From Candidatus Dormiibacterota bacterium (lineage in GTDB: Bacteria > Chloroflexota > Dormibacteria > Aeolococcales > Aeolococcaceae): a DNA stretch of 64,000 bases. The stretch spans positions 4,925-68,924 of the forward strand of contig DAIUFS010000004.1 of assembly GCA_036844485.1 (NCBI GenBank). Direction: 5' to 3'. How positions within the stretch are numbered: the first letter of the stretch is position 1; each line of letters begins with the position of its first letter. Shown in pieces: positions 22,903 to 32,434 of the stretch. A program made the position numbers and the translations under genes. Below the pieces are notes generated by a model. The model was not told the DNA's origin. It did no database searches and saw nothing but the letters and a program-made list of their open reading frames with translations.

Positions 22903-23943
22903 GTGACGCTGCCCGTCCTGCCCCCCCTGGAGCCGATGCTCGCGCGCGCCGCCGAGCAGATCCCGGCGGGGCCGGGCTGGCGGTACGAGCCCAAGTGGGA
23001 TGGCTTTCGCACCCTTGTCTTCCGCGACGGCTCCGATGTTCTTCTGGCCAGCCGCAACGGTCAGCCGCTGCAGCGGTTCTTCCCGGAGATCCTCGAGCCA
23101 CTGCGGGCGGCGCTGCCCGACCCGGCGGTCGTCGACGGCGAGATCATCATCGCCACCCCGCGCGGCCTCGACTTCGACGCGCTGCAGATGCGCCTCCATC
23201 CCGCCGCGTCACGGGTCGCCCGCCTGGCCGGCGAGACCCCTGCCACGGTGATCCTCTTCGACCTGCTCGGCGAGGGGACCGACGATGTGCGCGACCGGCC
23301 TCTGGCGACCAGGCGTGAGCTCCTCCTCGGCGCCGTCACCCCCAACGCGCGCGTGGCGCTGACTCCGCATACCGTAGACGTCGACGAGGCCGGCGACTGG
23401 TTCACGCGCTACGAGGGCGCCGGGCTGGACGGGATCATCGCCAAGCCTGAGAACAGCCGGTACCGCGCCGGCGAGCGCGGCTGGACCAAGGTGAAGCACC
23501 TCCGCACGGTCGATTGCGTGGTCGGCGGCTTCCGCATGGGGGTGAAGGGCGACGGAGTCGGGTCGTTGCTGCTCGGCCTCTTCGACAGCGATGGCGTGCT
23601 CCATCTCGCCGGGCACACGTCCTCCTTCTCCGCTCAGGAGCGCCGCGACCTGGTGCAGCTGCTGACGCCGCTGACGGGAGGGCAGAGCTTCGGCCACGGC
23701 CGCACCCCCGGAGCGCCGAGCCGGTGGTCGCGAGAGAAGGACGCCGCCTGGACGGCGGTGACCCCCTCGCTGGTGTGCGAGGTGTCGTTCGATCATCTCC
23801 AGGGGCAGCGGTTCCGCCACGCCGCGCGCTTCCGGCGCTGGCGGCCGGATCGGGATCCCTCGACCTGCACCTACGATCAGCTCACTCCCGCGGACGCCTT
23901 CCGCCTCGGCGACATCGTCGACCTTCCCGACGCCGGCGGGTGA
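22903..23943 (+). CDS. ATP-dependent DNA ligase (LigC-like, adenylation + OB domains only)
   Basis: 346 aa with YEPKWDGFR (motif I, KxDG), DGEII, LFDLL, GLDGIIAK and WTKVKH motifs. GTG start. Confidence 0.9.
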   Translation: MTLPVLPPLEPMLARAAEQIPAGPGWRYEPKWDGFRTLVFRDGSDVLLASRNGQPLQRFFPEILEPLRAALPDPAVVDGEIIIATPRGLDFDALQMRLHPAASRVARLAGETPATVILFDLLGEGTDDVRDRPLATRRELLLGAVTPNARVALTPHTVDVDEAGDWFTRYEGAGLDGIIAKPENSRYRAGERGWTKVKHLRTVDCVVGGFRMGVKGDGVGSLLLGLFDSDGVLHLAGHTSSFSAQERRDLVQLLTPLTGGQSFGHGRTPGAPSRWSREKDAAWTAVTPSLVCEVSFDHLQGQRFRHAARFRRWRPDRDPSTCTYDQLTPADAFRLGDIVDLPDAGG

Positions 23944-23985
23944 GGCTCACGCAGCCCGCAGGTACGCGCCGCCTAGCATCACCTG

Positions 23986-25065
23986 GTGCCCCGCCGCGCC
24001 CAGCGCATCAACACGGATCCCGTCGTCAGCGCACGGGCCGCCGGACTCCGCTATGTCAACGACGGCTCACCGGGGATCCGTCGCGAGCCCACGCCGGGCG
24101 CGGGATTCCGCTATGTCGGCCCCGACGGCCGGACCGTGCGGCGAGCGGCGGAGCTCCAGCGCATCGCCCATCTTGCGGTGCCGCCGGCTTGGACTGACGT
24201 CTGGATCTGTCCGGTGGCCAACGGTCACCTCCAGGCCACCGGACGGGATGCCCGCGGCCGCAAGCAATACCGCTACCACGAGGGGTGGCGCGAGGCCCGT
24301 GACGCCATCAAGTACGAGCGCATTCTTGCGTTCGGTGCGGCGCTCCCGCGCATCCGTGCCCGCGTGGACGGCGATCTGCGCGGGCCCGACCTCAGTCGCG
24401 AACGTGTTCTCGCTACCATCGTTCGCCTGCTCGACACCACCTACATCCGGGTCGGCAATGAGGAGTACGCGCGCGAGAACCGATCGTTCGGCCTGACCAC
24501 CATGCGGGGGCGGCACGTTGCGGTGGAGGGCTCAAAGCTGCGATTCCAGTTCCGCGGCAAGGGCGGCAAGCAACACACCGTGGGCATCACCGATCGCAGG
24601 GTGGCGCGAGTCATCACCCGACTGCAGGAGCTGCCCGGCCAGCCGCTCTTCCAGTGGCAGGACGATGACGATGCCGTCCACGGCGTCGAGTCCGACGACG
24701 TCAACGGATACATCCGCGACGCTGCCGGCGAGGACTTCACCGCCAAGGACTTTCGCACCTGGGCAGGGACGGTTCTGGCCGCGTGGGCCCTCCACGAGCT
24801 CGGCGAGTACGCCTCCGAGATGCAGGCCAAGCGCCAGGTCGTCGCGGCCGTGGAGTCCGTGGCCCGCGATCTGGGTAACACCCCGGCGGTGTGCCGTCGC
24901 TGCTACGTGCACCCGGAGGTGATCAACGCGCACCTCGACGGTGCGCTCGTCGCCAACCTGGGGCGCCGGGCCGAGGAGACGCTGGCGGAGTCGCTCGACG
25001 ACCTGTCCGCGCGAGAGGCCGCCGTCCTCGCGTTCCTGCGGCGGCGGCTCGCCGACGCGGCGTGA
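23986..25065 (+). CDS. DNA topoisomerase IB (poxvirus-like bacterial TopIB)
   Basis: 359 aa with GRKQYRYH, IRVGNEEYARENRSFGLTT, FRGKGGKQH, FTAKDFRTWAGT and GNTPAVCRRCYVHP (catalytic Tyr region). Confidence 0.85.
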   Translation: MPRRAQRINTDPVVSARAAGLRYVNDGSPGIRREPTPGAGFRYVGPDGRTVRRAAELQRIAHLAVPPAWTDVWICPVANGHLQATGRDARGRKQYRYHEGWREARDAIKYERILAFGAALPRIRARVDGDLRGPDLSRERVLATIVRLLDTTYIRVGNEEYARENRSFGLTTMRGRHVAVEGSKLRFQFRGKGGKQHTVGITDRRVARVITRLQELPGQPLFQWQDDDDAVHGVESDDVNGYIRDAAGEDFTAKDFRTWAGTVLAAWALHELGEYASEMQAKRQVVAAVESVARDLGNTPAVCRRCYVHPEVINAHLDGALVANLGRRAEETLAESLDDLSAREAAVLAFLRRRLADAA

Positions 25066-25096
25066 CGGCTGACGCGCTCCACTACAGTGGCACGCC

Positions 25097-25876
25097 ATGA
25101 GTGTGGAGACCGACTACGCCACCTACCTGCGCATCGACGAGCTCCTCGGCCTCCAGCAGCCGCTCAGCGACGGCGCCCACGACGAGATGCTCTTCATCGT
25201 CGTGCACCAGGTGTACGAGCTGTGGTTCAAGCTCATCCTTCACGAGCTCGACGCCGCAGCGGCCGCCCTCGACAGGGGTGCGCCCCACGCCGCCCTGGCG
25301 CCGACGCGTCGCGCCGTCGCGGTCGAGCAACTGCTCATCGAACACCTGCGCGTGCTCGAGAGCATGAGCCCGGACGGTTTCATGCGCTTTCGCGACCCGC
25401 TTGCACCCGCGTCGGGCTTCCAGTCCACTCAATTCCGGGAGATCGAGGCACTCTCCGGCGGCGGCGATCCCCGTCATCTCGACGACGCCGGGCGCACCGA
25501 GTCGCAGCGCGCCCAGCTGGGCGAGCGACTCGGCGCTCGCACCCTGTATGCAGCGCTGGCCACGGCGATGCGCGATGCCGAGCTGGACTTTCCCGACGGC
25601 GACGACGAGGGCGCGCGTGAGCGACGGATGGCCACGCTGGCGTCGCTGTACCGCGATCACTCCGACCCCGGGCGGACGGTCCTCCACCAACTCTGCGAGG
25701 CATTCGTCGATCACGATGAGACGATTGCGCGGTGGCGCCATCACCACGTCCTCATGGCGGCGCGTGAGATCGGCAGCCGGACGGGGACCGGCGGGAGCCT
25801 CGGGGTCGCCTACCTGAAGACCACAGTTGACCGCCGATTCTTTGCCGAGCTGTGGGAGGTGCGCAACCGGCTGTGA
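25097..25876 (+). CDS. kynA: tryptophan 2,3-dioxygenase
   Basis: 259 aa with DYATYLRIDELLGLQ, HDEMLFIVVHQVYELWFKL, FRDPL..ASGFQSTQFREIE, and WRHHHVLMAAREIG..TGTGGS. Confidence 0.9.
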   Translation: MSVETDYATYLRIDELLGLQQPLSDGAHDEMLFIVVHQVYELWFKLILHELDAAAAALDRGAPHAALAPTRRAVAVEQLLIEHLRVLESMSPDGFMRFRDPLAPASGFQSTQFREIEALSGGGDPRHLDDAGRTESQRAQLGERLGARTLYAALATAMRDAELDFPDGDDEGARERRMATLASLYRDHSDPGRTVLHQLCEAFVDHDETIARWRHHHVLMAAREIGSRTGTGGSLGVAYLKTTVDRRFFAELWEVRNRL

Positions 25877-27111
25877 CCGTCATCAACGACCGCGCTGCCT
25901 GCGCCGCACGGGACGCCGCCGACGCCCTGGCCGGTGTCCGTGACCGCTTCACCATCCCGGAGGGGCTGGTGTACCTGGATGGCAACTCGCTGGGGGCGCT
26001 GCCCGCGCAGACGCCGGGGCGAGTGGCCGCCGTCGTGGAACGGGAGTGGGGCCAGGGGCTGGTGCGCAGCTGGCTGGATGCTCACTGGATGGAGGCGCCC
26101 CGACGCGTCGGGGGCAAGCTGGCTCAGATGATCGGCGCCGGCGCCGATGAGGTGGTGGTGGCGGAGAGCACGTCGGTGTGCCTCTTCAAGCTGGTCTGCG
26201 CAGCGCTCGCCATGAGCACCGATCGCCCGGTGGTGCTCACCGAGGAGGAGAACTTTCACACCGACCTCTACGTCGCTGCGGGGGCTGCGCGGCTGTGCGG
26301 CGCCACTCTGAGGGTGGTGCCGCGCTCCCGGCTCCTCGAGGAGCTCACCGAGGAGGTCGCCGTGCTGCTGGTGACCCACGTCGACTACCGCACCGGGTTC
26401 ATGCACGAGATGCGCGCGGTGAGCGCGGCAGCTCACGGGGCGGGCGCGTTGGTGATCTGGGATCTCTGCCACAGCGTCGGCGCTGTGCCCCTCCAGGTCA
26501 ACGCAGATGGCGCGGACATGGCGGTCGGCTGCGGATACAAATACCTCAACGGAGGTCCCGGGGCGCCGGCGCTCCTGCATGTGCGCGCGGGTCTCCACCC
26601 GTTGCTCAGCAACCCCATTCCCGGCTGGCTGGGCCACGCCGAGCCGTTTGCGTTCGAGCCGGCCTTCCGCCCCGCACCGGGGCTGCGCTCGATGGTCACC
26701 GGGTCGCCCCACATCCTCCAGCTGGCGGCTCTCGAGTCCGGCGTGGATCTGTGGCTCGAGGTCGACATGGCCATGGCCCGCGCCAAATCGATTGCGCTGA
26801 CCGAGCTGTTCATCGCGCTCGTCGAGGACCGGTGCGCGGGCATGGGGTTCACCCTGGCCTCGCCGCGGGAAGCCTGGCGGCGCGGATCGCAGGTGTCGTT
26901 CCACCATCCCCATGGCTACGGGATCGTGCGCGGATTGATCGAGCGCGGAGTCATCGGCGACTTCCGGGCTCCGGATGTCTGCCGCTTTGGATTCGCGCCG
27001 CTCTACCTGAGGTACGTCGACGTGTGGGATGCCGTCGATCGGCTGGTCGAGCTCCTGTCCGCCGGTGACCATCTCGATGAGCGCTTCGCGGCGCAAGCGG
27101 CGATCACCTGA
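25873..27111 (+). CDS. kynU: kynureninase
   Basis: The ORF track starts at 25852. I prefer the GTG at 25873, which gives a GTGA overlap with the kynA stop. Motifs: YLDGNSLGALP, WDLCHSVGAVP, GCGYKYLNGGPGAPA. Confidence 0.9.
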   Translation: MTVINDRAACAARDAADALAGVRDRFTIPEGLVYLDGNSLGALPAQTPGRVAAVVEREWGQGLVRSWLDAHWMEAPRRVGGKLAQMIGAGADEVVVAESTSVCLFKLVCAALAMSTDRPVVLTEEENFHTDLYVAAGAARLCGATLRVVPRSRLLEELTEEVAVLLVTHVDYRTGFMHEMRAVSAAAHGAGALVIWDLCHSVGAVPLQVNADGADMAVGCGYKYLNGGPGAPALLHVRAGLHPLLSNPIPGWLGHAEPFAFEPAFRPAPGLRSMVTGSPHILQLAALESGVDLWLEVDMAMARAKSIALTELFIALVEDRCAGMGFTLASPREAWRRGSQVSFHHPHGYGIVRGLIERGVIGDFRAPDVCRFGFAPLYLRYVDVWDAVDRLVELLSAGDHLDERFAAQAAIT

Positions 27112-27123
27112 GTCGGGCGGCGA

Positions 27124-27915
27124 TCAGCCGGCGTCCCGGCGCCGCGCACCGCGCCATGCGGACAGGGTGCTGAAGGCGACGATCACCACCACCAGGGCGA
27201 TGGTGATGCGCCCGCTGTACTGTCCCACCGCGTCGGCGACGTTCTCCGCGGGCTTGCCGATGATGTATCCCAGCGATACCCAGAGTCCCACGAAGAGCAG
27301 CGTGCCCGCGAAGTCCACGCTGAGGAAGCGCCAGAGGCTGATGCGCGCGTCGCCGGCGCCGAAGTAGAGAAGGTCGTTGGGCACCGGCAGGAAGTACGCG
27401 AACAGGATCGTCCACAGCCCCCACCGTGCGAAGAAGGACTCGGCTCGGCGAGCCCGGCGATGCCAGCGGCGATCGTGGGTCTCGAGGTAGGCGACCAGGG
27501 GGCGTCCGTAGCGACGACCCGCCCAGTAGTAGAAGGGGTCGGTGAGCATGGTGTACGGGATCGGTGCCAGGAGCACGGCCCACAATGGCAGACGGCCTCC
27601 GGAGGCGAAGGCTCCCGCGATGATCAGCGAGATGGTGCTGCCGCGCAGCAGCTCCGCGTACAGCGGCTTGGTGAATTGCAGCGCGGTCCCGAGCGGGATT
27701 CCGGCGTAGTAGTAGACCGACTTGGCGAGGATCGGGCCCAGGCAGAGGAGATCGCGCGCCCCGAGGTTCTGGAGAAGCTGCTGGCGTGCGTCCTGGTCGA
27801 CGTCAGCGGCCGCCGGGGTGCCCCCGTCCTCTCCGTCGGGCTTGGCGGCGGTCACACTCCGTCCGCCCTGGCAACGATGATCCGGCCGCCCGCCCGCTGC
27901 AGAGCGGGAGACCAC
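27124..27915 (-). CDS. DedA/VTT-family membrane protein
   Basis: Polytopic, with YYWAGRRYGRPLV, FFARWGLWTILFAYFLPVPNDLLYFGAGD and LGYIIG motifs. The start is uncertain. Confidence 0.7.
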   Translation of the reverse strand: MVSRSAAGGRPDHRCQGGRSVTAAKPDGEDGGTPAAADVDQDARQQLLQNLGARDLLCLGPILAKSVYYYAGIPLGTALQFTKPLYAELLRGSTISLIIAGAFASGGRLPLWAVLLAPIPYTMLTDPFYYWAGRRYGRPLVAYLETHDRRWHRRARRAESFFARWGLWTILFAYFLPVPNDLLYFGAGDARISLWRFLSVDFAGTLLFVGLWVSLGYIIGKPAENVADAVGQYSGRITIALVVVIVAFSTLSAWRGARRRDAG

Positions 27916-28006
27916 GCCGGAAGGGTCATCGTGAGCACCCTACGGCATCGGCTCGCGCCCACGGGGCGGCGCGCCCGTCCGTACCATGGTCGCAGGAGGA
28001 TCACAC

Positions 28007-29422
28007 ATGGCCATCGAGCTGCAGCTGATGCGCTCCGTCAACCCTGCGACGGAGGAGGAGATCGCGTCCTACCCGGTGCACTCCGAGCGTGAGGTCGGCG
28101 CCGTCCTCGACGCCGCCGTGGCGCGCTGGCCGGGGTGGAGGGCCACCGCCATTGAGGAGCGCTGCGCGCTCATGGCCCGGCTCGGTGAGCTGCTGCGCGA
28201 GCGCCGCGACGCCCTCGCCGCGCTCATCACTGCGGAGATGGGCAAGACCATCGCGGAGGCGCGCGCCGAGGTCGAGAAATGCGCCTTCACCTGCCAGTGG
28301 TTCGCCGACCACGCCGCCGGCTTCCTGGCCGACGAACCCTCTCCGAGCGACAGTCCGCGCAGCTTCGTCGCCTTCGAGCCGCTCGGCGTCGTTCTTGCGG
28401 GCATGCCGTGGAATTTTCCGCTCTGGCAGGTGGTGCGCTTCGCCGCCCCCGGCCTGTGCGCCGGCAACTGCGCAGTTCTCAAACACGCCAGCAACGTCAG
28501 CGGATGCTCCCTGGCCCTCGCCGAGCTGTTCTCGGACGCGGGCTTTCCCCCGGGCGTCTTCGCCGTGCTGCTGATCCCCAACGATCGCGTCGCCGCCGTC
28601 ATCGAGGACCGCCGAGTGGCTGCCGTGACGCTCACGGGGAGCACTGCTGCGGGCCGGAGCGTTGCCACCGCCGCGGGCCGGAGCATCAAGCCGGCCGTTC
28701 TCGAGCTGGGCGGCTCGGATGCCTTCGTGGTTCTCGAGGATGCTGACCTGGAGGCGGCGGCGGCGACCGCCGCCAAGGCGCGCTTCCAGAACGCGGGTCA
28801 GAGTTGCATCGCCGCCAAACGGTTCATCGTGGTCGACGCTGTTGCCGACCAGTTCGAGGAGCTGCTCGTCGCCGAGGCGAGAAAGATCGTGGTCGGCGAT
28901 CCGCTGGCCGACTCCGTGACCATGGGGCCGCTGGCACGAGGCGATCTCCGCGACACGCTCGAGCGCCAGGTGCGCGAGTCGCGTGCCGCGGGAGCCACGC
29001 TGCGCTGCGGCGGACGGCCCGAGGGCCGCGGGTACTTCGTCAGCCCCACGGTGCTGACCGGCTGCACGCCGGAGATGGCCGCCTTCCGCGAGGAGACCTT
29101 CGGTCCGCTGGCGGCGGTGATGCGCGTCGCTTCCGCTGCGGAGGCGATCTCGGCGGCCAACGACTCCGACTTCGGCCTGGGAGGCAACATCTGGACGCGC
29201 GACGAGGAACGTGGAGTCGCCCTGGCGCGGCAGATGCAGAGCGGGGGCGTGTTCGTGAACGGTATGACCCACTCCGATCCGCGCATTCCGTTCGGAGGCA
29301 TCAAGGAGAGCGGATACGGGCGCGAGCTCTCCAGCTTCGGCATCCGCGAGTTCGTCAACATCAAGACGATCTGGCGTCCCGCGGAGCAGCAAGCCGACGT
29401 AGCGGGCACGCCAGCAGAATGA
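28007..29422 (+). CDS. NAD(P)-dependent aldehyde dehydrogenase (succinate-semialdehyde dehydrogenase-like)
   Basis: The ATG at 28007 has AGGAGGA 6 nt upstream. Motifs: FPLWQ, LKHASNV, LELGGSD, GQSCIAAKRF and EETFGP. Confidence 0.9.
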   Translation: MAIELQLMRSVNPATEEEIASYPVHSEREVGAVLDAAVARWPGWRATAIEERCALMARLGELLRERRDALAALITAEMGKTIAEARAEVEKCAFTCQWFADHAAGFLADEPSPSDSPRSFVAFEPLGVVLAGMPWNFPLWQVVRFAAPGLCAGNCAVLKHASNVSGCSLALAELFSDAGFPPGVFAVLLIPNDRVAAVIEDRRVAAVTLTGSTAAGRSVATAAGRSIKPAVLELGGSDAFVVLEDADLEAAAATAAKARFQNAGQSCIAAKRFIVVDAVADQFEELLVAEARKIVVGDPLADSVTMGPLARGDLRDTLERQVRESRAAGATLRCGGRPEGRGYFVSPTVLTGCTPEMAAFREETFGPLAAVMRVASAAEAISAANDSDFGLGGNIWTRDEERGVALARQMQSGGVFVNGMTHSDPRIPFGGIKESGYGRELSSFGIREFVNIKTIWRPAEQQADVAGTPAE

Positions 29423-29480
29423 TCCGTACGGGCAGAGGAAATTCCCGGCACAACGGGGTCCAGCACGTATCCTGATCGAG

Positions 29481-30521
29481 GTGTCACCACCGCCGGGTGC
29501 GCCGGTTTCACACTGGACACGCATGACAAGCAACGCCCCTCCTCGTCGCCAAGGGCGCACACGGGGCCGCCTCGCGATCGCGGCCGGCGTGCTGGTGCTT
29601 GCCGTGCTGGCGGCGACCGCCACCACCCTGCTGCCCACCGCCAAGGGGGTGGCGGTCGGCGGACAGCTGGCGATGCACCCCGGCAACGTGGCGCCCGCAC
29701 TCGGCAACGAGCCTCCTGACGGCCCGCCGCCCCCCAACGCGCCTGCGCCGATCACCATCGCCGTGCCGGGCGCCCACCTCACCGTGCCCATCCTCTACTA
29801 CCACTACATCCGGGTCATCGTTCCCTCGCCGCAGAACCTGCTGAGCTTTGACCTCTCGATCTCGCCGATGCTCTTTGCGGAGCAGATGGCCCTTCTCCAC
29901 GTGGAAGGTGCGCATCCGATCACGCTGGCCACGCTCATGTCGGCGCTCGCCGGCAAGGTCTCGCTGCCCTCTCACCCGGTTGTCCTGACCTTCGACGACG
30001 GCTACGCAGACTTCGCCACCGCCGTGCAACCGGTGATGGCTCGCTACGGCTTCGTGGCCACCGACTACGTCGTCAGCGGCTTTCTCAACCGGCCTCGCTA
30101 CATGACAGCTGCGCAGGTGCGGCAGATGGATGCGGACGGCATGGTGATCGGGTCACACACAGTGCGTCATGTCGATGTGGCGGCGATCCCACTGGCGGCG
30201 GCGCGCACGGAGATCGACGGCGGCAAGGCAACCCTCGAGAAGCTGCTCGGACACCCGGTGGTCGATTTCGCCTACCCGTACGGCGGCTTCAACGCCGCGG
30301 TTGTGCAACTGGTGCAGCAGGCTGGGTTCAGGGACGCCGTGACCACGCACTACGGCAGCGTGCAGAGCCTGAGCGAGCCGCTCGTGTTCCGCCGCATCGA
30401 GATCGGCGGCGCCCCCAGCCTGGTGACATTCGCCCGCGACGCCGGCCTGCCCCCACCGATGCCGACGCAGCTGCCCCTGATCACCCGCGCGGCCCAGTCT
30501 GCACCGGCCCGTCTCGCCTGA
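29481..30521 (+). CDS. polysaccharide deacetylase family protein with an N-terminal signal anchor
   Basis: LTFDDGYADF, GSHTVRHVD and FAYPYGGFN (NodB-type motifs). An alternative ATG start at 29523. Confidence 0.8.
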   Translation: MSPPPGAPVSHWTRMTSNAPPRRQGRTRGRLAIAAGVLVLAVLAATATTLLPTAKGVAVGGQLAMHPGNVAPALGNEPPDGPPPPNAPAPITIAVPGAHLTVPILYYHYIRVIVPSPQNLLSFDLSISPMLFAEQMALLHVEGAHPITLATLMSALAGKVSLPSHPVVLTFDDGYADFATAVQPVMARYGFVATDYVVSGFLNRPRYMTAAQVRQMDADGMVIGSHTVRHVDVAAIPLAAARTEIDGGKATLEKLLGHPVVDFAYPYGGFNAAVVQLVQQAGFRDAVTTHYGSVQSLSEPLVFRRIEIGGAPSLVTFARDAGLPPPMPTQLPLITRAAQSAPARLA

Positions 30522-30533
30522 TCGTCGGCCGCA

Positions 30534-30722
30534 TCACGCAGGGCGAGAGCGTTCGGGCTTGCCCGGTGCATACCCGCTGCACCTGATGACGGGGAGGGCC
30601 GGATAGCGGGGAAAGCGAGGATCCGACTCGGCCAGGCGGCACATCCAGAACTGCGAGCGGGCCCCGCGAATGACGCGGGCATGCTCACAGCTCGCGCAGA
30701 GCCCGGGCTGTTCTGCGGACAT
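30534..30722 (-). CDS. small conserved Cys4 protein
   Basis: 62 aa: MSAEQPGLCASCEHARVIRGARSQFWMCRLAESDPRFPRYPALPVIRCSGY. Good GC3 codon bias. Overlaps the 3' end of the HAD gene by 38 nt. Confidence 0.55.
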   Translation of the reverse strand: MSAEQPGLCASCEHARVIRGARSQFWMCRLAESDPRFPRYPALPVIRCSGYAPGKPERSRPA

Positions 30723-31503
30723 GGCCGCGGGCGCGCTGCACGGCGGGGCGGGAGCCGGTGACCACGCGGCGTGGCAGGCGGCGGAAGGACGTGGCGCTGG
30801 GTCGCGACGAGACTCGCTGGAACCGCTCCACAGGCCACCCCATGCGCCCCGCGTGGGCGGTGAGCGGCCGGTCGGCGTTGACGCACACTGGATTGCCCAC
30901 CGCCTCCAACATGGCCAGGTCGCTGGCGAAACTGTCCCCGTAGGCGAAGGAGATGTCGAGGCTGACGCTGTGCGCCGCGGCCAGCTCGCGGACGGCGTCC
31001 GCCTTTCCCTCGCCATGGCAGAGGCGAAGGATGCGGCCCGTGTAACGACCATCGCGCAGCTCGGCGTCGGTGGCGGCTACTCCGTCGACGCCGAGCACCG
31101 ATCCCAGGACGGTGATGAACTCGCGGGGCGACGAGGACACCAGGAACACCAGGTCACCCCGCTGGTGATGCCAGTCGATGCGTGTCCTGGCTTCGCCGTA
31201 CACCCGCGGCACAACATGAATCGGGACCACCCGCTCGGCGAAGCTCAGCAGACGGCCGGAGTCGATACCGGCAACCATCTCGCCCGCCCCTCGCACAGCG
31301 TCGCGAATCTGCACCTCGTCGAAACCGATAAGGCTGAAGCGCGCCTGCACAAGCAACGAATGCAGCATGGCCCGTGTGGGTAGCAGTCCCTCGCGTCGCA
31401 TGGGAGGAGCCACATGGAGCAGGGAGGAGCCGCGCAGCAGGGTGCGGTCGACATCGAAGAACGCGGCGGCGTGACGGGTGGGTCGGTCCTGCTCGGCTAC
31501 CAT
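30685..31503 (-). CDS. HAD-IB family hydrolase (SerB-like)
   Basis: Start at the ATG at 31503. Motifs: AAFFDVDRTLL (DxD motif I), VSSSP, KADAV and YGDSFASDLAML. Confidence 0.8.
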   Translation of the reverse strand: MVAEQDRPTRHAAAFFDVDRTLLRGSSLLHVAPPMRREGLLPTRAMLHSLLVQARFSLIGFDEVQIRDAVRGAGEMVAGIDSGRLLSFAERVVPIHVVPRVYGEARTRIDWHHQRGDLVFLVSSSPREFITVLGSVLGVDGVAATDAELRDGRYTGRILRLCHGEGKADAVRELAAAHSVSLDISFAYGDSFASDLAMLEAVGNPVCVNADRPLTAHAGRMGWPVERFQRVSSRPSATSFRRLPRRVVTGSRPAVQRARGHVRRTARALREL

Positions 31504-31510
31504 TCGCGGG

Positions 31511-32434
31511 ATGTCCAGGGTTGCGAGCCGCGGCGCGGTCTCTGCGCGGTCCAGTGTACGAGTCACCGGCGGAGATCTGCTGTCTGCTGCAGCCAATCGC
31601 ATCTCCACGTCGCGCAACATCGAGCACTGGCAACCCGGTCTGGCGCGATGGGATGCCGAGGTTCTGCTCGCGCACGTCCTCGATGTCGACGTCGACAGCG
31701 ATGGGGATCTGGCCCTCAATGCTGTTTCCGCATCGCAGCGGCGCCGCTTCGAATCGCTGGTCGAGCGGCGTCTCACCGGTGAGCCCGTCAACTACATCAC
31801 AGGGCGTTTCCGCTTCTGCGGTCTGGACCTCCTGGTCCGCCCGGGGGTGTTCTCACCGCGCTCGTCGAGTGAGTTCATGGTCGAGCTGGCGGTGTCGCGA
31901 CTGCGGCGCCGCCGCGGCCGTCGCGTCGCCGTCGACCTCGCCACCGGCGCGGGTGCGGTGGCTTTGGCAGTGGCGTCCCAAACCCGCGGGAGTGAGGTAT
32001 GGGGTGCCGACATCTCGCCGGAGGCGGCGCGGCTGGGGCGCGCCAATGCGCGGCGGCTGGACCTCGACAACGTGCGCTTCGTCACCGGGGACATGCTCGC
32101 CGCGCTGCCCCGTGCCCTGCGCGGCGCGGTGGACGTGATCACCATCCACCCCCCGTACGTCGCCCGCGGAGAGGTGCGCATCCTTCCCGTGGAGATCCGC
32201 CGCTTCGAGCCACGGCATACGCTCACCGACGGCTCGGAGGACGGGCTCGGGCTGGTGCGCCGGCTCGCCGATGATGCCGGGACATGGCTGCGGACTGGCG
32301 GCTTCGTGCTCGTGGAGATCGCTCCCTATCTTGCCCGCGCCGGTGCCGCCGTGCTCCGCCGCCGCGGGCTTCGGGAGGTGCGGTCGCACCGCGACACCCT
32401 GGGGGTGACCCGCGTGGTGGTGGGCCGGCTGTGA
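31511..32434 (+). CDS. HemK/PrmC-like class I SAM-dependent methyltransferase with an HPPY motif instead of NPPY
   Basis: AEVLLAHVL, GEPVNYITG, VDLATGAGAVAL (SAM motif I), DVITIHPPYV and FEPRHTLTDGSEDGL. The start is uncertain (GTG at 31478 or ATG at 31511). Confidence 0.75.
   Translation: MSRVASRGAVSARSSVRVTGGDLLSAAANRISTSRNIEHWQPGLARWDAEVLLAHVLDVDVDSDGDLALNAVSASQRRRFESLVERRLTGEPVNYITGRFRFCGLDLLVRPGVFSPRSSSEFMVELAVSRLRRRRGRRVAVDLATGAGAVALAVASQTRGSEVWGADISPEAARLGRANARRLDLDNVRFVTGDMLAALPRALRGAVDVITIHPPYVARGEVRILPVEIRRFEPRHTLTDGSEDGLGLVRRLADDAGTWLRTGGFVLVEIAPYLARAGAAVLRRRGLREVRSHRDTLGVTRVVVGRL

Noticed and set aside
22346-23101. 251-aa and 231-aa minus-strand ORFs spanning attR, the BON gene and the ligase start
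   Set aside because: They have shadow-frame composition (Arg/Ala/Pro/Ser) and run antisense to two genes with clear domain signatures.
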